DNA of 63,986 nt, filler included, from Porpidia crustulata (lineage: Eukaryota): the NCBI GenBank assembly GCA_964255105.1. It is 4 parts of 4 records of this genome, joined end to end, with 100 filler letters (N's around TTAATTAATTAA, not from the genome) between each part and the next. Parts side by side here need not be neighbours in the genome. Positions count along the whole stretch, not along the records: positions 1 to 16,306 come from CAXUWE010000264.1; 3 more parts are not named here. One strand, given 5' to 3'. The notes under the pieces were generated by a model. That model was not told the origin of the DNA. It did not search any database and saw only the letters and a program-made list of their open reading frames with translations. Positions 1 to 14,282 of the stretch are shown one piece after another; the stretch's first letter is position 1; each line of letters opens with the position of its first letter. Both the position numbers and the translations under genes were made by a program.

Positions 1-481
1 CCCCCAACACCCGCCCTCACTTCAGCTACATGACAAGGTGCGGTTGTCAAGTTTCTATATGGTGAAACTCCATTACGATAACGATGATGGATTTGCAGGA
101 TGAAAGGGGGATGGGGTTAATGGTAGTTCATTTGGTTAAGTGAATGATGGGTTTCTTGGGAATGGTATTTTGGAGATGGTGAGGAGGATATAGTTTTGGA
201 TATGTAGATACAGGATGCTTGGGGTCTTGATCGTGATAGGTTTCTTACTTGTAGTTTCATGGATTTGGAGAATTGTATATATACCTCCCCCCCACCTTTC
301 CCTGACCACCCTAATAACTCCGAAAATGGGTATAAGAAAAAATAATCCAAAGTCCCGATCCTGAAGAATTGACGCCTCGCTAATGCACCGTCGCCTAACC
401 CCACTCCCCATTTCCCACACACCATTCTCTAATATTACAAGCACCACCATGTACAAAGAGGGGACCGGCCCTTCTGGGTAA

Positions 482-3346
482 CTACTTACCACCGCCTACG
501 CCTCCCCGTTCCACAATCCGCCGCTGCCGGTTCAACCAGCTGGCGTCCATATCGCTGCGACGCAGCAGCCCGACGTTGGTCATCTGCAGCCGGCCGGCAA
601 GGGTATGGTACGCGGACGCCATGAGCCTGGTCTCGCGCTCAAGGTTGGCGATGTAGGCGCTCTGGTTGGGGTCGGGTAGCGGTGGGAGGACTTCCGGGGT
701 CGCTTGCGGTTGGAGGCGCTGGTGTTGAAGCTGGGCTTCAAGGTCTTTGATGATGGCGTCGCGTTGGTCGATTTGCTAAGGGTGTTTGTGCGCGTCAGCT
801 TTCTGTTTGGGCTTGAATCTGCCGATCCAAGAGGTGTCGGATCGAGTGGAAGAAAGAGGGCGATGGGAAGCGGAGGCAGAACGGGTTGCGGAAGCAGGAC
901 GTGAAGAACAGGAGGGGGTTTGGGTAGTAGGGGGGTTGAGAAGGGAGCGGAATTCGTAATCGGATTCAGGTAATAGGAGATGGTTCACCTCTCTAGCTTT
1001 GGCGACGCCTTCTCTATCTGTAGAAATTATTTCCGACAGCGATTCGATCCTCTCGGTAATGGCGATATGGGCAATGGATTCTGTGGGTCGCTCAGCAGTG
1101 GCGGCTTTGATGACTTCTAGGATGCTTTGCAGCTCTTGGCTGGATGAAGTGTTCACTTGGGTGGACGCTTCATCGTCTATTGACTTTCGGAGCATGGCTT
1201 TGTGGTCGTCAAGGTCGCTTTCTACGCCGTTATAGTGGCCTTGAAGAGCTTTGTGTTGCTTCTGGAGATGGATCAGTGCAGCGGAATTCTGTTTTTTCAC
1301 CTCTTCCAGCATCTCTAACTTGTCGAGGTCGACAAGCGCAACTGAAAGATGATTAGTGTGTTGCTCAACGACCATCCAGAAGAGTCCCTCAAGTGACATA
1401 CGATCCTGCTGAGACGCGTCGACTTGTCTGATAGCTTCGCGCAGCTGTCCCTCGACTTCTGCCCGTTTCTTCTTTTCTTGTTCAAGCTGCGCGGTTCGCT
1501 TCTGGAAGGATTCGGTGCTGCAAGGCTTGTGAGTAGGATCTCTAATCTTCGGACTTTCAGACTTAGACCCTTGGATTGATGTTCCTTCTTGGACTTGCTT
1601 TAAAGATGACTCTAGCTGAAGGTTCTCCTGAAAGAGATTCAGATACTTCTCGTCCCTCGTCCTTAGTCGTTCATTGGCGTCATCTAGCATTGACCGTAGT
1701 GCGCTGATTTGGTTGTCCAATTCTGTTTGCGTCTCTTGGCTTTCGGCTTCAAGCAAGGAGTTTTGGTCCTTCCTGCTCAGACTGATTAGTCGTGTCCATG
1801 TTAGGAGCGCAGTGGCTAACCGCAATTGACTCTCGCCTTCCGTGGACCCGTCAAGTTGTGTCAAAAGAACAGGATTCGGAGTCATGCTTGAGAATTCGTC
1901 ACCCACAGATTCTCGACGGTCTTCTCCGAGCTCTCGAGTCAATGCTTGCTCTCTTTGCTCGCATGCATGAAGCCGTTCAGCAAGCTCAGTATTGTCGAAT
2001 TCGAGCCGCTTCTTGGCCTTTTGTAGGTCATGGTTATGCTGTTCACTCCGCGACAAGGCAGGTCGATACTCGTCATGTTCAAGCTCCATCTTGGTATTCT
2101 GTTTTCGCAGCTCATCGATAGTACTGGAGTGGAACTTCAGGGCGTCGCTTGCAGCATTATTCTCCTTACGCAGTTGGCTGAGCTCTTTGCGCAACTGATC
2201 TGTGTCTTGCTGTGAAGATTGTAGCTTATGTCTGTATTTCTCGAGTGTATTTGCTTTCTTGGCAAAATTATCCCGCTCACTTCTGATAACATCAAGCTCG
2301 TCCTTGAGCTCCTGGACTTTAGCTCGTTCTGCTTTTGCGTTGCGGGCATTCTTCTGCACCTGTTCCCTCAAGTCAAAGGTTTCGTGGTCTTTATCGCTTA
2401 TGATCTCTTCTTTCTCTTGAATCTTTGCCTGTAAAATTTTGATGGTTGGGTTTGTGTCACCTTTCAATACCGAGGCGTTTGTTTGGAGGGTTTTCTGCGT
2501 GTTTCCAAGATCTTCCTTCAGTAATTCGTGCTTATCCTGTAGTCGCAAATATCTGTCCTGGTCTGCTTGATACAATATTCTCAAGTCGCCCAGTTCATGC
2601 TTCAACTGGTTATTCTCGGCGTGGAGCTGGGCCGTCTGTGCTTCATACGCCAAATCCGAGTCTATCGCTAATGTCGATGGCGTGGGAATGTGGATCTGAC
2701 GCTCATCTTGGGTTTGGGGGCTTTCTGTTCCCGAACTGTCCGATTGCATGGCCCAGCTAGGTACATCTGCCATTAGATCTCCTAGTCTAAGCATCGTTGA
2801 CTCCTCTAGCGTGGCCATCCTCTGCTGGCATTCGTCTTTTCTTGGCCCCATGGGGCAGACGGCTACCCCCAGGAAGACTAACTTCATGAATTTGACCATT
2901 TCTTTTATATCACCGTCTCGAGCGACTCTTTTGAGATCTGCCGTATCTGATTTTGGAGGATTGCATCTACCGCCATGTATCGCGATGTAAGAGTATAGAG
3001 TATCGGATAAGTGCTCCAGGTTTCGTTGTCGCGATTTCCATTCTCCTGAATTATCTGGGTTGTATGGGAGGTCACCGGTGATATTTTCGGGGTCGACGTT
3101 ACCTGCAAGATATGGATTAGCAGGCCTCTTGTTCGGTATGATGGGTATAGGAGACGTACGAAGCGCTTCCCAAATGACATGCCCATCGTTTAGAGCCCCT
3201 AAGCTTCTTGCCCGTTCTTCTAGGGGAAACGTATTGATCTATGAAATCAAATGTTAGCTATATAAAACTAAAAGCTCTAGGTATATCGAGCTTACCCATG
3301 CTACCAGCACGTCCTCAATTTCTTCAATCGCGAGTCGGCGGTCCAT
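482..3346 (-). CDS. hookA: Hook-family microtubule/dynein cargo adaptor (HookA-like), multi-exon
   Basis: Spliced N-terminus MDRRLAIEEIEDVLVAW/INTFPLEERARSLGALNDGHVIWEAL (Hook CH-like domain), long coiled coil in ORF 776-2899, last exon LERETRLMASAYHTLAGRLQ...SWLNRQRR typical of fungal Hook C-termini; GT-AG introns with CTAAC/CTGAC-type branch sites. Confidence 0.8.
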
Positions 3347-4128
3347 TTCCGCTAGAGCAGGTACGATATGGTATTCGTCCTTGGTAAAAGAATATTGAAT
3401 CAAGCGGAAAGCTTAGCAGCATTTTGACGAAGCAGTAATTGCATGGGCAATGAATAAGTATATTGAAGCACGTTCTCTCGGGACCGCGACCTTTGTCCTC
3501 GTCAGACCCTCCCTTGTCTCGACGCTCGAAGCGGGCGCTAGTGCGGGCTTGAACAAAGAGGTCTTTCTTCTTCCACTGCGATTGTATCAACTCTTTCTTT
3601 CACCACGTACCATGATCCATGTCAACCCTAGCACAATGGTATATCGAGAGCACGCTCGGAGTATTTTCGATTCTCTGCTATTATTATAAGTCAACTGCAA
3701 TATAGATAGCGTATGTTGCACTAATTAGGCAGTGTTCGAGAGCAGCTACGCACTTCAGTCCTTTGTAGGCATTTGATCATGCTAGATCATTAATTCCTAT
3801 GTTCGTATACTATAACAGGCATCCGCTATGTTACACATGTCAAATCACTACGAAAATATCCAACGCCCCCACGCTGCATGCTGCCTCCGGCCCGTTGCGA
3901 CATTTGTGACGCGTCCCTGCATGAATATAATCCCCCCGTGCCTAAAGCTCTTGTATCGTGTGAAGTGCAATAGAATTTTCATGGAACATCTAATCGTAAG
4001 ATGATGGGTTCTGAAGTAAGCTGATGATGCCGAGAGCAACATATTGCGACCACGACCATGACGTATCCCAACGGCATGATATAGATCGTGCTAGTCTCCT
4101 TTGACCATAATCTTGTAGTAACTATCCT

Positions 4129-4587
4129 TCAGTTGTCCTGCGTAGTGACAGTATTATCATCTTCAATGATTGGGATGTGTTTCATTGACAGAGTATTGAT
4201 AGCCTCCAAAGTCTGGCTTGACGCTTTGGCTGCAAAACCCCTTCACACGGTCAGAAGTGTATCATAGTGCATTCATGTCTCGGGAATAATACTTGATGAG
4301 GTCTTTTGCACACGCAGGTTAGCAAGCGGAATAAGACTTCTGTGATCTGGACTCACTGAATTCTGCCGTAATTTGCCCCCCCTTCGAGACCTGAGTTAGC
4401 TGAATCCTAGGTGACCGCGCACAATACATACTGCAGCTCTGATGGTGTCTTTTGCGTTGTCGAGAGTGGACTCGGGCGTATCGTTTGGATAAGTGACAAG
4501 AACTTGTCTTTGAGGCGCAAGGCCACTGACACCAAGGCCCGCTGCTACCAAGAGGACGGAGATACTTGCTAATTTCATGGTGAGCAT
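4129..4587 (-). CDS. Small secreted protease propeptide/inhibitor I9-like protein (4 exons incl. a 10-nt microexon)
   Basis: Signal peptide MKLASISVLLVAAGLGVSG, then QVLVTYPNDTPESTLDNAKDTIRAA/GGQITAEFN/LIK/GFAAKAS...IEDDNTVTT, the I9 pattern GG.I..EF.LIKGFAA. Confidence 0.8.
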
Positions 4588-5289
4588 AAGGCTGAGATGT
4601 TGCTACTCAGATGAGATGCGAGCGTAAGTTTTGTGGATGCAAAGGACAGTGAGAAAGGATGTGATTGCGACTGGCTCGCGCTAGCGCATGATCTGCTTAG
4701 CGTCCGCGGCTTCTTCCGCTAGACTGATACCTCTTTCTTTCCCGCTTGTTTGCTCAAACACAACCACACCTGGTCTTCTCAGGTTCCTATCGTTGAGGTT
4801 TGACTCCATTCCACCATCAAGCACCCGCCTCAGTCCTCCATACCTTTCATCACCGATACCCAACATTGACCGACAGCTAAGACCTTCATACATTCCTAAG
4901 TCCAGTAATCTCGCACTCGTTCGCGGAGGTCTGTTGGTGTGGGCTAAACCTCTGTTCTTGATCATCTGGCTAGGAGGGCAGTTCAAGGTGGAGGGAAAGC
5001 TTCGGTGTTGAGCCAGCATTTGCTTCGCGTTGGTCGTTGACATGCGTGCTCCATATTGAGGACTAGCTAGCAGTGATTTAAATAATTCTCTGCTCCTGTT
5101 TGCAGCAACATCTGATTGAGAGCGTCTGGTTTTCCTTCTCTGCATAACCAACCAATAAGCAATATTGCGCAAGGCTACCATCGTTGCTATTGCCGTCTAA
5201 CTCCCGCGGCTCTGAAATTCATCTCTATCCCAACAATCAGATCTTTCTGACTATACCGTCTGGAATCCCCGTCAACGTCAGCATCCATC

Positions 5290-7658
5290 ATGTCTGTCGG
5301 GCTTCTTTCAGATGAAGTCGCTGAGGACTATAAGAACTCCCTTGAGGATCTGACTATGAATTCAAGATACGAGATTAGTAACCTAACAGTCATAGCGAAA
5401 GAGAACACAGAGCATGCCATGCAGATATCGCGGGTCTTGGAGAACCATATCCGAAATGTAAGTGCTGGAATATAGGATCAAGATCCAACCACCGCTTTCC
5501 ATCGTCCGTCATAGAAGGCCACTCGACGTCTGTAAATAATTCATGAAGAGTTACTAATCTTTTCTCAGGCACCTCCCGATCGTAAACTCCCAGCACTGTA
5601 TGTGCTTGATTCTGTCGTCAAGAATGTTGGTACACCATATACCTTGTTCCTTGGACGAAATCTCTATCAAACCTTTATGCATGCATATAGCCAGGTCAAT
5701 AGTCAGGTACGAAACAAACTAAACGAGATGCTCAAGACTTGGAAGGAACCAGTACCTGGGTCCCAGGACCCAAGGCCTGTGTTTCCCCATGACACTACTA
5801 GACCCATAGAGAATGCACTCATTAAATTAAGGACCATGGATCTGGAGAAACAGCAACAAGAGACAAGAAATCAGCAAGCACTGCTGGGCCGCACGCGTCC
5901 GGTACCCAGTCCTGCCACTGCGCTGCCAGTTCGATGGCCGAACTCCCCAGCTCCCGCTTCAGCCGCGAATCCTGCTGTCTACTCAACCCCACATAACTTT
6001 GTACCAAGATATCCCCAGCAAAATGGACAGAACAACTATGGCCAGGTACGCAAACATCTAAATCTTCCATGATATCTACTGATCGAGAACAAAGCCTCGG
6101 CCCCCTTATAATCAATACGCGCAACTCCCTCCGAGTTCGATACAACCTCAATTCCAACAGCCTATGCAACAATTGTATCAACAGCCACCAGTACATCCAC
6201 AACAGCCGCCGGTATATCAGCAGCATTCGCCGGCTATCCCACATTTAGATCCGCTGCATCAAGATATTGAAATTTTGATTATTACTACAAAGCGAGAATT
6301 TGCATCCGCGCCTTTCGATGCCGCAATACAGGAGCGCCTACGTGCCTTACTTGCTTTGCAAGATGTTCTTAAAACAACAGCTGTGTCACCTGAGAATATG
6401 CAGCAGATTCGAAACCAAGTTGCTCAACTCTCTCTACCGAGGACAATAGTGACAATGTCGCCGGCCCCCCAACCCCCAACTGTTTATGCTGCTCCACCTC
6501 CTCCCCAGCAAGTGCCACAATCAGCACCCGACCTTCAAGCTTTGCTCTCATCAAATACCCTAGCTGACATACTCGCTAAGGCCGCCATACCCCAACAGTC
6601 TCCGCAAGAGACTTATACCCAGGCACCCCAACAGCCTCCTGTGCCTGCAGCCCAAAAATTTACAACACAGTCGCCTATACCGCCTACAGGGGGAAGTTCC
6701 TTGATAGAATCTCTTAGAGCGGCTGGTATGCTCACTGCTCAACCTACTCCTCCAGTAAATGGCTCTGCCTACTCTCAATCTTCTCATGCATACCCGCCTC
6801 TATCGCATACGCCGTCAACACCTCCTAATATCCCGTCGCGGCAAGCTATCTCACAGTTGCATAACGATGTTGAACTTACCTCCATTTCTCTGAAAATGTA
6901 GGTGCACCCATACGTTAAGTATCGAACTTTCCCCTAATTTCATGCAGACCACGACCGCATCTCATCTCGAGAATGTACGAAGCGCTACCGAATCAGTGTT
7001 CCACCTGCGGGCGACGTTTCCTTGCCACGGAAGAAGGCAGGACAAAGAAGGCTCGGCATCTAGACTGGCATTTTCGGACAAATCGGCGTTTAGCTGACTC
7101 ATTCAAGCGAGGACAAAGTCGAAGTTGGTATGTGGATGAGCTGGTAAGCACTCTGCCGATATGCCACATACAGGAGAGATACTGAACACTCGCGATAGGA
7201 ATGGATCAAGAACTGTGAAGTTAATGAAGAAGAAATCTCCTTGACCCCCAACAGCTTAGAAGACTTACAAGCTCAAGCGGCCGCTAAGGTTGCTAAAGAA
7301 GATCCTAAGAGAAAACATATTCCTGTCCCAGCTGATGCCGCACTTACTAATCTGCCTTGTCCCATTTGCCAAGAGAAATTTGTAACATCATGGAATGATG
7401 AAGCGCAGGACTTTGTTTGGATGGATGCGGTCAAGATAGGAGCAAGGGTATATCATGCTAGCTGCCACGCGGAGGTCAAGAAAGACGGAGGCAATACGCC
7501 ACTTAGAACAAGTACGCCAGAAAGCGTGTTAGGGAAAAGAAAAGCCGGGGTGAGTGCTCGGTGTGTCTATGAGCGTTGTTTTGAAATAAGGCTTATGGAT
7601 GACATAGGGTGTGGATACCAACATTATACGTTCGAAAACTCTAAGGGCCACTCCGTGA
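5290..7658 (+). CDS. PCF11: mRNA cleavage and polyadenylation factor subunit Pcf11
   Basis: CID domain (DYKNSLEDLTMNSRYEISNLTVIAKEN; KLPALYVLDSVVKNVG), zinc fingers QCSTCGRRF...HLDWHF and CPICQEKF...YHASC, Clp1-binding RGQSRSWY. Confidence 0.95.
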
Positions 7659-8253
7659 GCTTGTGATTGAAGTATACTGCCACGATAATCCCGCCGGTAT
7701 CGCTCCCACTTGACCAATACCTCCTTGGAAGTCCTCTCATTTTGGTTATTCTCTGTATTTTGTTATGGCGCATGAAAAAGGTTTCGTTCCATTCGGTTTG
7801 CATGCAGTCCGGAGTTTTCTCAACCTGTCGTTTCTGTCACGCACCATCTCTATATTCTAGTAGACCGCGTGCTCGCATTATTTTTGGCGTTCTTAGATGT
7901 CTTTTGACGATCTGGGTAGATTTGAACAAATTCATTAAACCAAAACGAGCCTCTACCATTAAGTGAAATAATGCTAAAGTAGACACATGAATTGTGGCCA
8001 AGATATGGTTAGACATTTAAAGATACTAATAAATCTAGGATGTTAGACCTAAATTTACGTAACATACTGCGAGACACACTGATACATAATGAATCCTGGA
8101 ATCAATCGTGTTTTTCGACACCGTCTCACATATTTACGCTAGCTCAAATCAAGCCTAGCCGTTGTTGAGCTTCAAGAGCTTTCCTAATGTAAGCGCATTG
8201 GAATCGCAAGATTATCATCCTTTCCAGTCTCGTGCTCTACTCTATCTATCGTA

Positions 8254-9438
8254 ATGCCCGCGACTACGGCCGAAACTCTGTCACTTGTTACCCGGAACGT
8301 GTCCGTCGCCCCTCTCGTTCTCCTTTCCGCAGCAGATCACTTCGGCCGATCAGGCAAAGGTCGAAAACGAGTTGTCGGGGTCCTCTTGGGACAGAACGAT
8401 GGCAAGAATGTACGAGTTTCGAACAGTTTCGCTGGTATATATCACAGATTATACATTACTTGGGGGAGAACATGCTAATAGCAACGCTTCTAGTCCCTTT
8501 CGAGGAGGACGACAAAGATCCTTCGGTATGGTTTCTAGACCACAATTACGTAGAGTCGATGAACGACATGTTTAAGAAGGTCAATGCGAGAGAAAAATTA
8601 ATAGGGTGGTATCATTCTGGACCAAAGCTACGGGCCTCCGATTTAGAGATCAACGAGCTTTTCAAGCGATATACCCCAAACCCGCTTCTAGTCATTATCG
8701 ATGTCCAGCCCAAAGAGGTTGGCGTACCTACAGACGCCTATTTCGCGGTTGAAGAGATCAAAGATGTACTTCGTGATGTACACCGGACGAAACTTCTAGG
8801 GCTAACACGCGCTCTAGGACGGTACAACAACGACTAAAACATTCGTACATACACCCTCGATCATTGAAGCCGAAGAAGCCGAAGAGATAGGCGTAGAGCA
8901 TCTCCTCCGTGATATTCGCGACGTCGCCGTCGGGACTCTCTCCACCCGTATAACCGCACAACTCCAATCGTTACAAGGCCTCCATCTTCGCTTGCGAGAC
9001 ATTGGTCAATACCTGCAAAAAGTGCTCTCCGGCGATCTCCCTGTCAACCACGCTATTCTTGGTAACCTTCAAGATGTATTCAATCTCCTCCCAAACCTAT
9101 CAAATCCCACTGCCACACCCCTGAAGAATGGCTCCGAGAGTCAGACGTCAAGCGACAATACTGAGTTAGCGAGAGCGATGGGCATCAAGACAAATGATCA
9201 ACTTATGGCCATATACCTGAGCAGTCTAATACGGGCTATCACAGCTTTCCATGACTTGATCGAGAACAAAATACAGAACCGGCAGCAACAAGAGGAGAAA
9301 GACGCGAAGAAAGAGGAGGGTAAGGAGGACAAGGAAGGGAAGAAGATAAACGGCGCTGTCAATGGCGATGCAAAGGAGCCCAAAGAAGACGAAAAGCATG
9401 GGAAGGAGAAGGGGAAGGATAGTGAAAAGAAGAGATGA
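8254..9438 (+). CDS. RPN8: 26S proteasome lid subunit Rpn8 (MPN domain)
   Basis: [85 protein letters not shown]-like tail; 2 introns. Confidence 0.97.
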
Positions 9439-9945
9439 GAAGATTTTTATAAGAGGTGTTTAATCAGGGCCTGGGGTCTCAGCAACCCTGCACACCAGGG
9501 CTTCAGTATACAGTTTGAGGTATGGTCTACAGCCAGAGAATATGCATATAGCATATCCACTGCAGCTTGCATCAGGATCGCGGCGGTGTGGCATTTTCAG
9601 GCGTCTTCTCTCCCACAACGGTCGTGCAAGAATTAGCACTATCAACAATGCGCCGAAATACCAGACCACACAAATTTGACTTAGTACCAAATCTCCGTCC
9701 AACTTCATTCTGCTGTCGGCTACGATGGGTTTTAACCATGGGCTATGACGTCTTACCACGCTCTCGGTCTATCATCAATGCGGTTCCTCGGATACCACTA
9801 CCCCACATGCCCAACCTTTTTCCTTCACAGTCCTCCACTTCTCCACACTTATCCATGACTGAGTGAAGAAATTGTTACGCGCTCACATAGCTGTCACTTC
9901 CACATTTTGCTTTGCTTCCTTTCCTACTCCCTTGATCGCGTCGTA

Positions 9946-11331
9946 ATGTCGTCTCCTTACACTGTTCGCTGGGGCATCTTAGGTGAGCAGTAGAAAAATT
10001 TTCGCTCTATGTGTTAATGTATTTCAGAAGTGGTTGTCACAGAAAAGAATCTCCGAAGTGCTCATGTACTAATCGCACCGCTGACTATTTCGTAGCCACG
10101 GGAGGAATTGCAGAGAGTAAGCTTTACTTCTCCTCACCTTTTTAGATACAAGCAAAGCCCTCAATCTAAACTCCTTCTCCCTTTCGAAAAGTGTTCACTA
10201 AGGATCTCATGATTGACTCTTCAACACGAGACGTTTCCGACATCAAGCACACCGTCGTAGCTGTTGCCTCTTCCTCATCCGCGGACCGCGCGAAGCAGTT
10301 TCTTCAAGAATGCAACTGTCCGTCTTCGGCCAAAGCCTACGGGTCATACGAGGAGCTCGTGAAAGACACAAATGTTGACATCATCTACGTGGCTACCCCC
10401 CACTCGCATCATTACCAGAACACCATGCTCTGTCTGTTGGCCGGCAAGAATGTGCTTTGCGAGAAATCATTCACGACAAACGCAGCGCAAGCAAAAAAAC
10501 TTATTGCAACAGCCAAGGAAAGGAACCTTTTCTTGATGGAAGCTGTGTGGACAAGATTCTTTCCTTTGAGTGTCAAAATTCGCAAAACGATCGAATCCGG
10601 CGAACTTGGCTCAGTCCATCGAGTCATTGCGGATAACAGCTTCGGCGTAGACGTCGAGAAAATATGGGGTACTAAACATCGCATGGTCAACAAAGATCTT
10701 GCTGGTGGTGCTCTCCTAGATCGTGCGTTTCATCTTTCTTATCCCTGTCTTGTGACAAATATTCTGGTTTGACCGCCATCCAGTGGGCATCTATTCCTTA
10801 ACCTGGGTCTTCCAAACCCTCTACCATACTCTCAAGCCTTCTGACCGCAGGCCACCCACCGTTGCTTCCCAAATGGTTCATTATGATCAGACTGGCGCCG
10901 ATGAGTCAACGTCGATTCTCCTTACTTTCCCCAATGGTCCTCACACCTCGAGACCGGTAACTGGTGTTGCACTCACGAACTTCCGCGTTGCGACCGACCC
11001 AGATGGGAGAGGTACAGCAAACCCAGCGATGCGAATCCAAGGTTCCAAGGGAGAGCTTCAAGTCGATGGACCTGCGTACAGACCTACGACTTGGCGGGTC
11101 ATTTTCCGCGATGGAAGAGTGGAGGAACACGAAGAGAAGATTCCAGGTCATGGCATGTTCTGGGAGGCGGATGCTTGTGGAAGGGCGCTGAGGGACAAGA
11201 AGCTGGAGAGCGAGGGGATGGGTTGGGAGGAGAGTGTGGTGATTATGGAGGTCATGGATGAGGTGAGAAAGCAAGGGAGCCTGACTTACCCCGATAAGAT
11301 TGAGACGTTGGATTACCTGGTGAAATTATGA
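9946..11331 (+). CDS. Gfo/Idh/MocA family NAD(P)-dependent oxidoreductase (dihydrodiol / D-xylose dehydrogenase-like)
   Basis: VRWGIL/ATGGIAE Rossmann start, IYVATPHSHH, LCEK, FLMEAVWTRF, AGGALLDLGIY; 3 introns incl. a 21-nt exon. Confidence 0.92.
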
Positions 11332-12169
11332 TTGCCCGGGCTAGTGGAGATGATGAGAAAATGGGAAAGATGTATTTAGGATTAGGATGAACCGTAACAA
11401 CTCACGGGCTCAAGCTCATTGTTGATGATTTTGCCCCCCCAATCTCTCTCCGAGACCTTTGTCTTCATGACCTGTCGGTATCTACTAAGTTTTCGTTCGA
11501 GGTTCAAGATGTTCACCCGTGCCCTAAGATTAGATATATTTGTTCAAGCTGTCAGCTCTACCACTATATCCTCCAAATGAAAGACCGTTTCATCAGAAGG
11601 TTTCTAACTTCCAAATGCAATAGTGTTGTGATTTATGTCAAAGTGATTTCAATCGCCACGAGTCCTGCCGTGTGTGAAGGTTTTCTCCGTATGAATGCAG
11701 TCCTCGCAGATCAACATCAGAGTCTCAAGTCCTGTAGGAAGTCGGTGGCAACCAAATGCGTAAGATGACAAGAAGATCAAGTATTCTGCGATGTTAGTAT
11801 CTACCGTAACCACAGCTTTTCGATGGTCACGATAGATCGCGAGTGATACTTCTTGTCTTCCTTCCAGATAATCACATGCATAGCCAATGATAAAGATCTA
11901 TATAGATTCCCAATCGGAGTCTGACGTTCAGGTGCAGAAGCGGGCCGTTAGGACTTGAAGCAGCTCCGGAGCACCGTGATTGGAGCCTCGGTGGTCCGCG
12001 GGCCAAAGGCACGCTAGTCATACCTGGGGCTTTCCCGGCCAACATCAACTGCCAGCTCTCTACTTCCGACTCTCCACATCTACAGCTCTCTTATCTCTTT
12101 TCTCCGTCCGTGCCCTTAGGCTTGCTCCTCCGCCTTGGTCAGGCCTCTTGCTGCATCCAGTCTCCCTCA

Positions 12170-13182
<1,013 letters not shown>

Positions 13183-14282
13183 GCTTTACCTCCGCGTTCC
13201 TCGATTTATGGCGAAGCAAGTAAAATCTTCGATCTTCGAGAGCATAGCGGGAGGGACGAATCGATGATCTCAAATGTCCAAAAGCATTGTATCTTACAGG
13301 TGAGTATATTCGAGAATTGTAATGCCTCCAGGGTATCTTGTAAAACACTTGTACCTTCTCAATAGACTTGCATAATCGCGTCCTTACATATGGCCTTTCT
13401 CATGTTGTACCTTTTCATTATCGAAGTGGTCCTGTGCTTGACAGCTCCGTGACCGAATCTTCTAACATAAATGAAAAATCCTACTCAGCTTCCAGTCTCC
13501 CTAGTAAGCTTGCTGCGGATACTGATGAGATAGGTACTGTCGAGTATGATTAGGTATAGGATGCGGAACAATAGTGGATGATAAGATCACACAAAAGGAG
13601 GGAATAAGGGTCAAGTATGAAATTTCACAGTAATCAGCTTGATGACGAAATCCTTACCGTGCAAACTTGAAGTCAGAATCAAATCCCACGTTTTAATTTT
13701 CATGGCTTTCATGATTTCGAGAAGTTTCATTGTCCATTCTCAAACGGGCGCGGCTATCGTTACAGACTTGCTCCAATATCTGGTAGTAAATGTTTGGGAT
13801 AGTTCGGTTTAATAAGACCAGGGGGAAGACAGCCATGTAGATGTGATATCTTCTGACGATTTCGATGATCCGACAGCTCGAAAGACTCAACGAGTGACTT
13901 CTGCGACGGCTCAACGATACACCATAACCGTCAATGAACCCCGAGGCAACAACTACATCACAACGGTATTTCGACCGAGATTGCTGGAGAACATCTCAAC
14001 CACAATATGCTATTGTAAGTCTAGTGGCTCTTGCCTTGTTGATCTTACTGTAGCGTCGTCACATTCACCACTGTCCTGTGACACCCATTTCAACACCAAC
14101 AACTCACATCATTCATTTTTCACTTGAGGGTTAAACCCCCCCTTTACGCTCTAACTATGATGATCACTATGCGCTTGCCGAGGACGATCCTCAATACCTG
14201 AGGCTCATGCTTACAGTTGAACAGCAGATCCAAGAAATCTCCTCCGAGCGTCACCCAAGACCTCATCGATCCAACCACAATC

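Noticed and set aside
4681..5181. 166-aa ORF between the I9 gene and PCF11
   Set aside because: No recognisable domain; lies in the divergent promoter region and is probably spurious.
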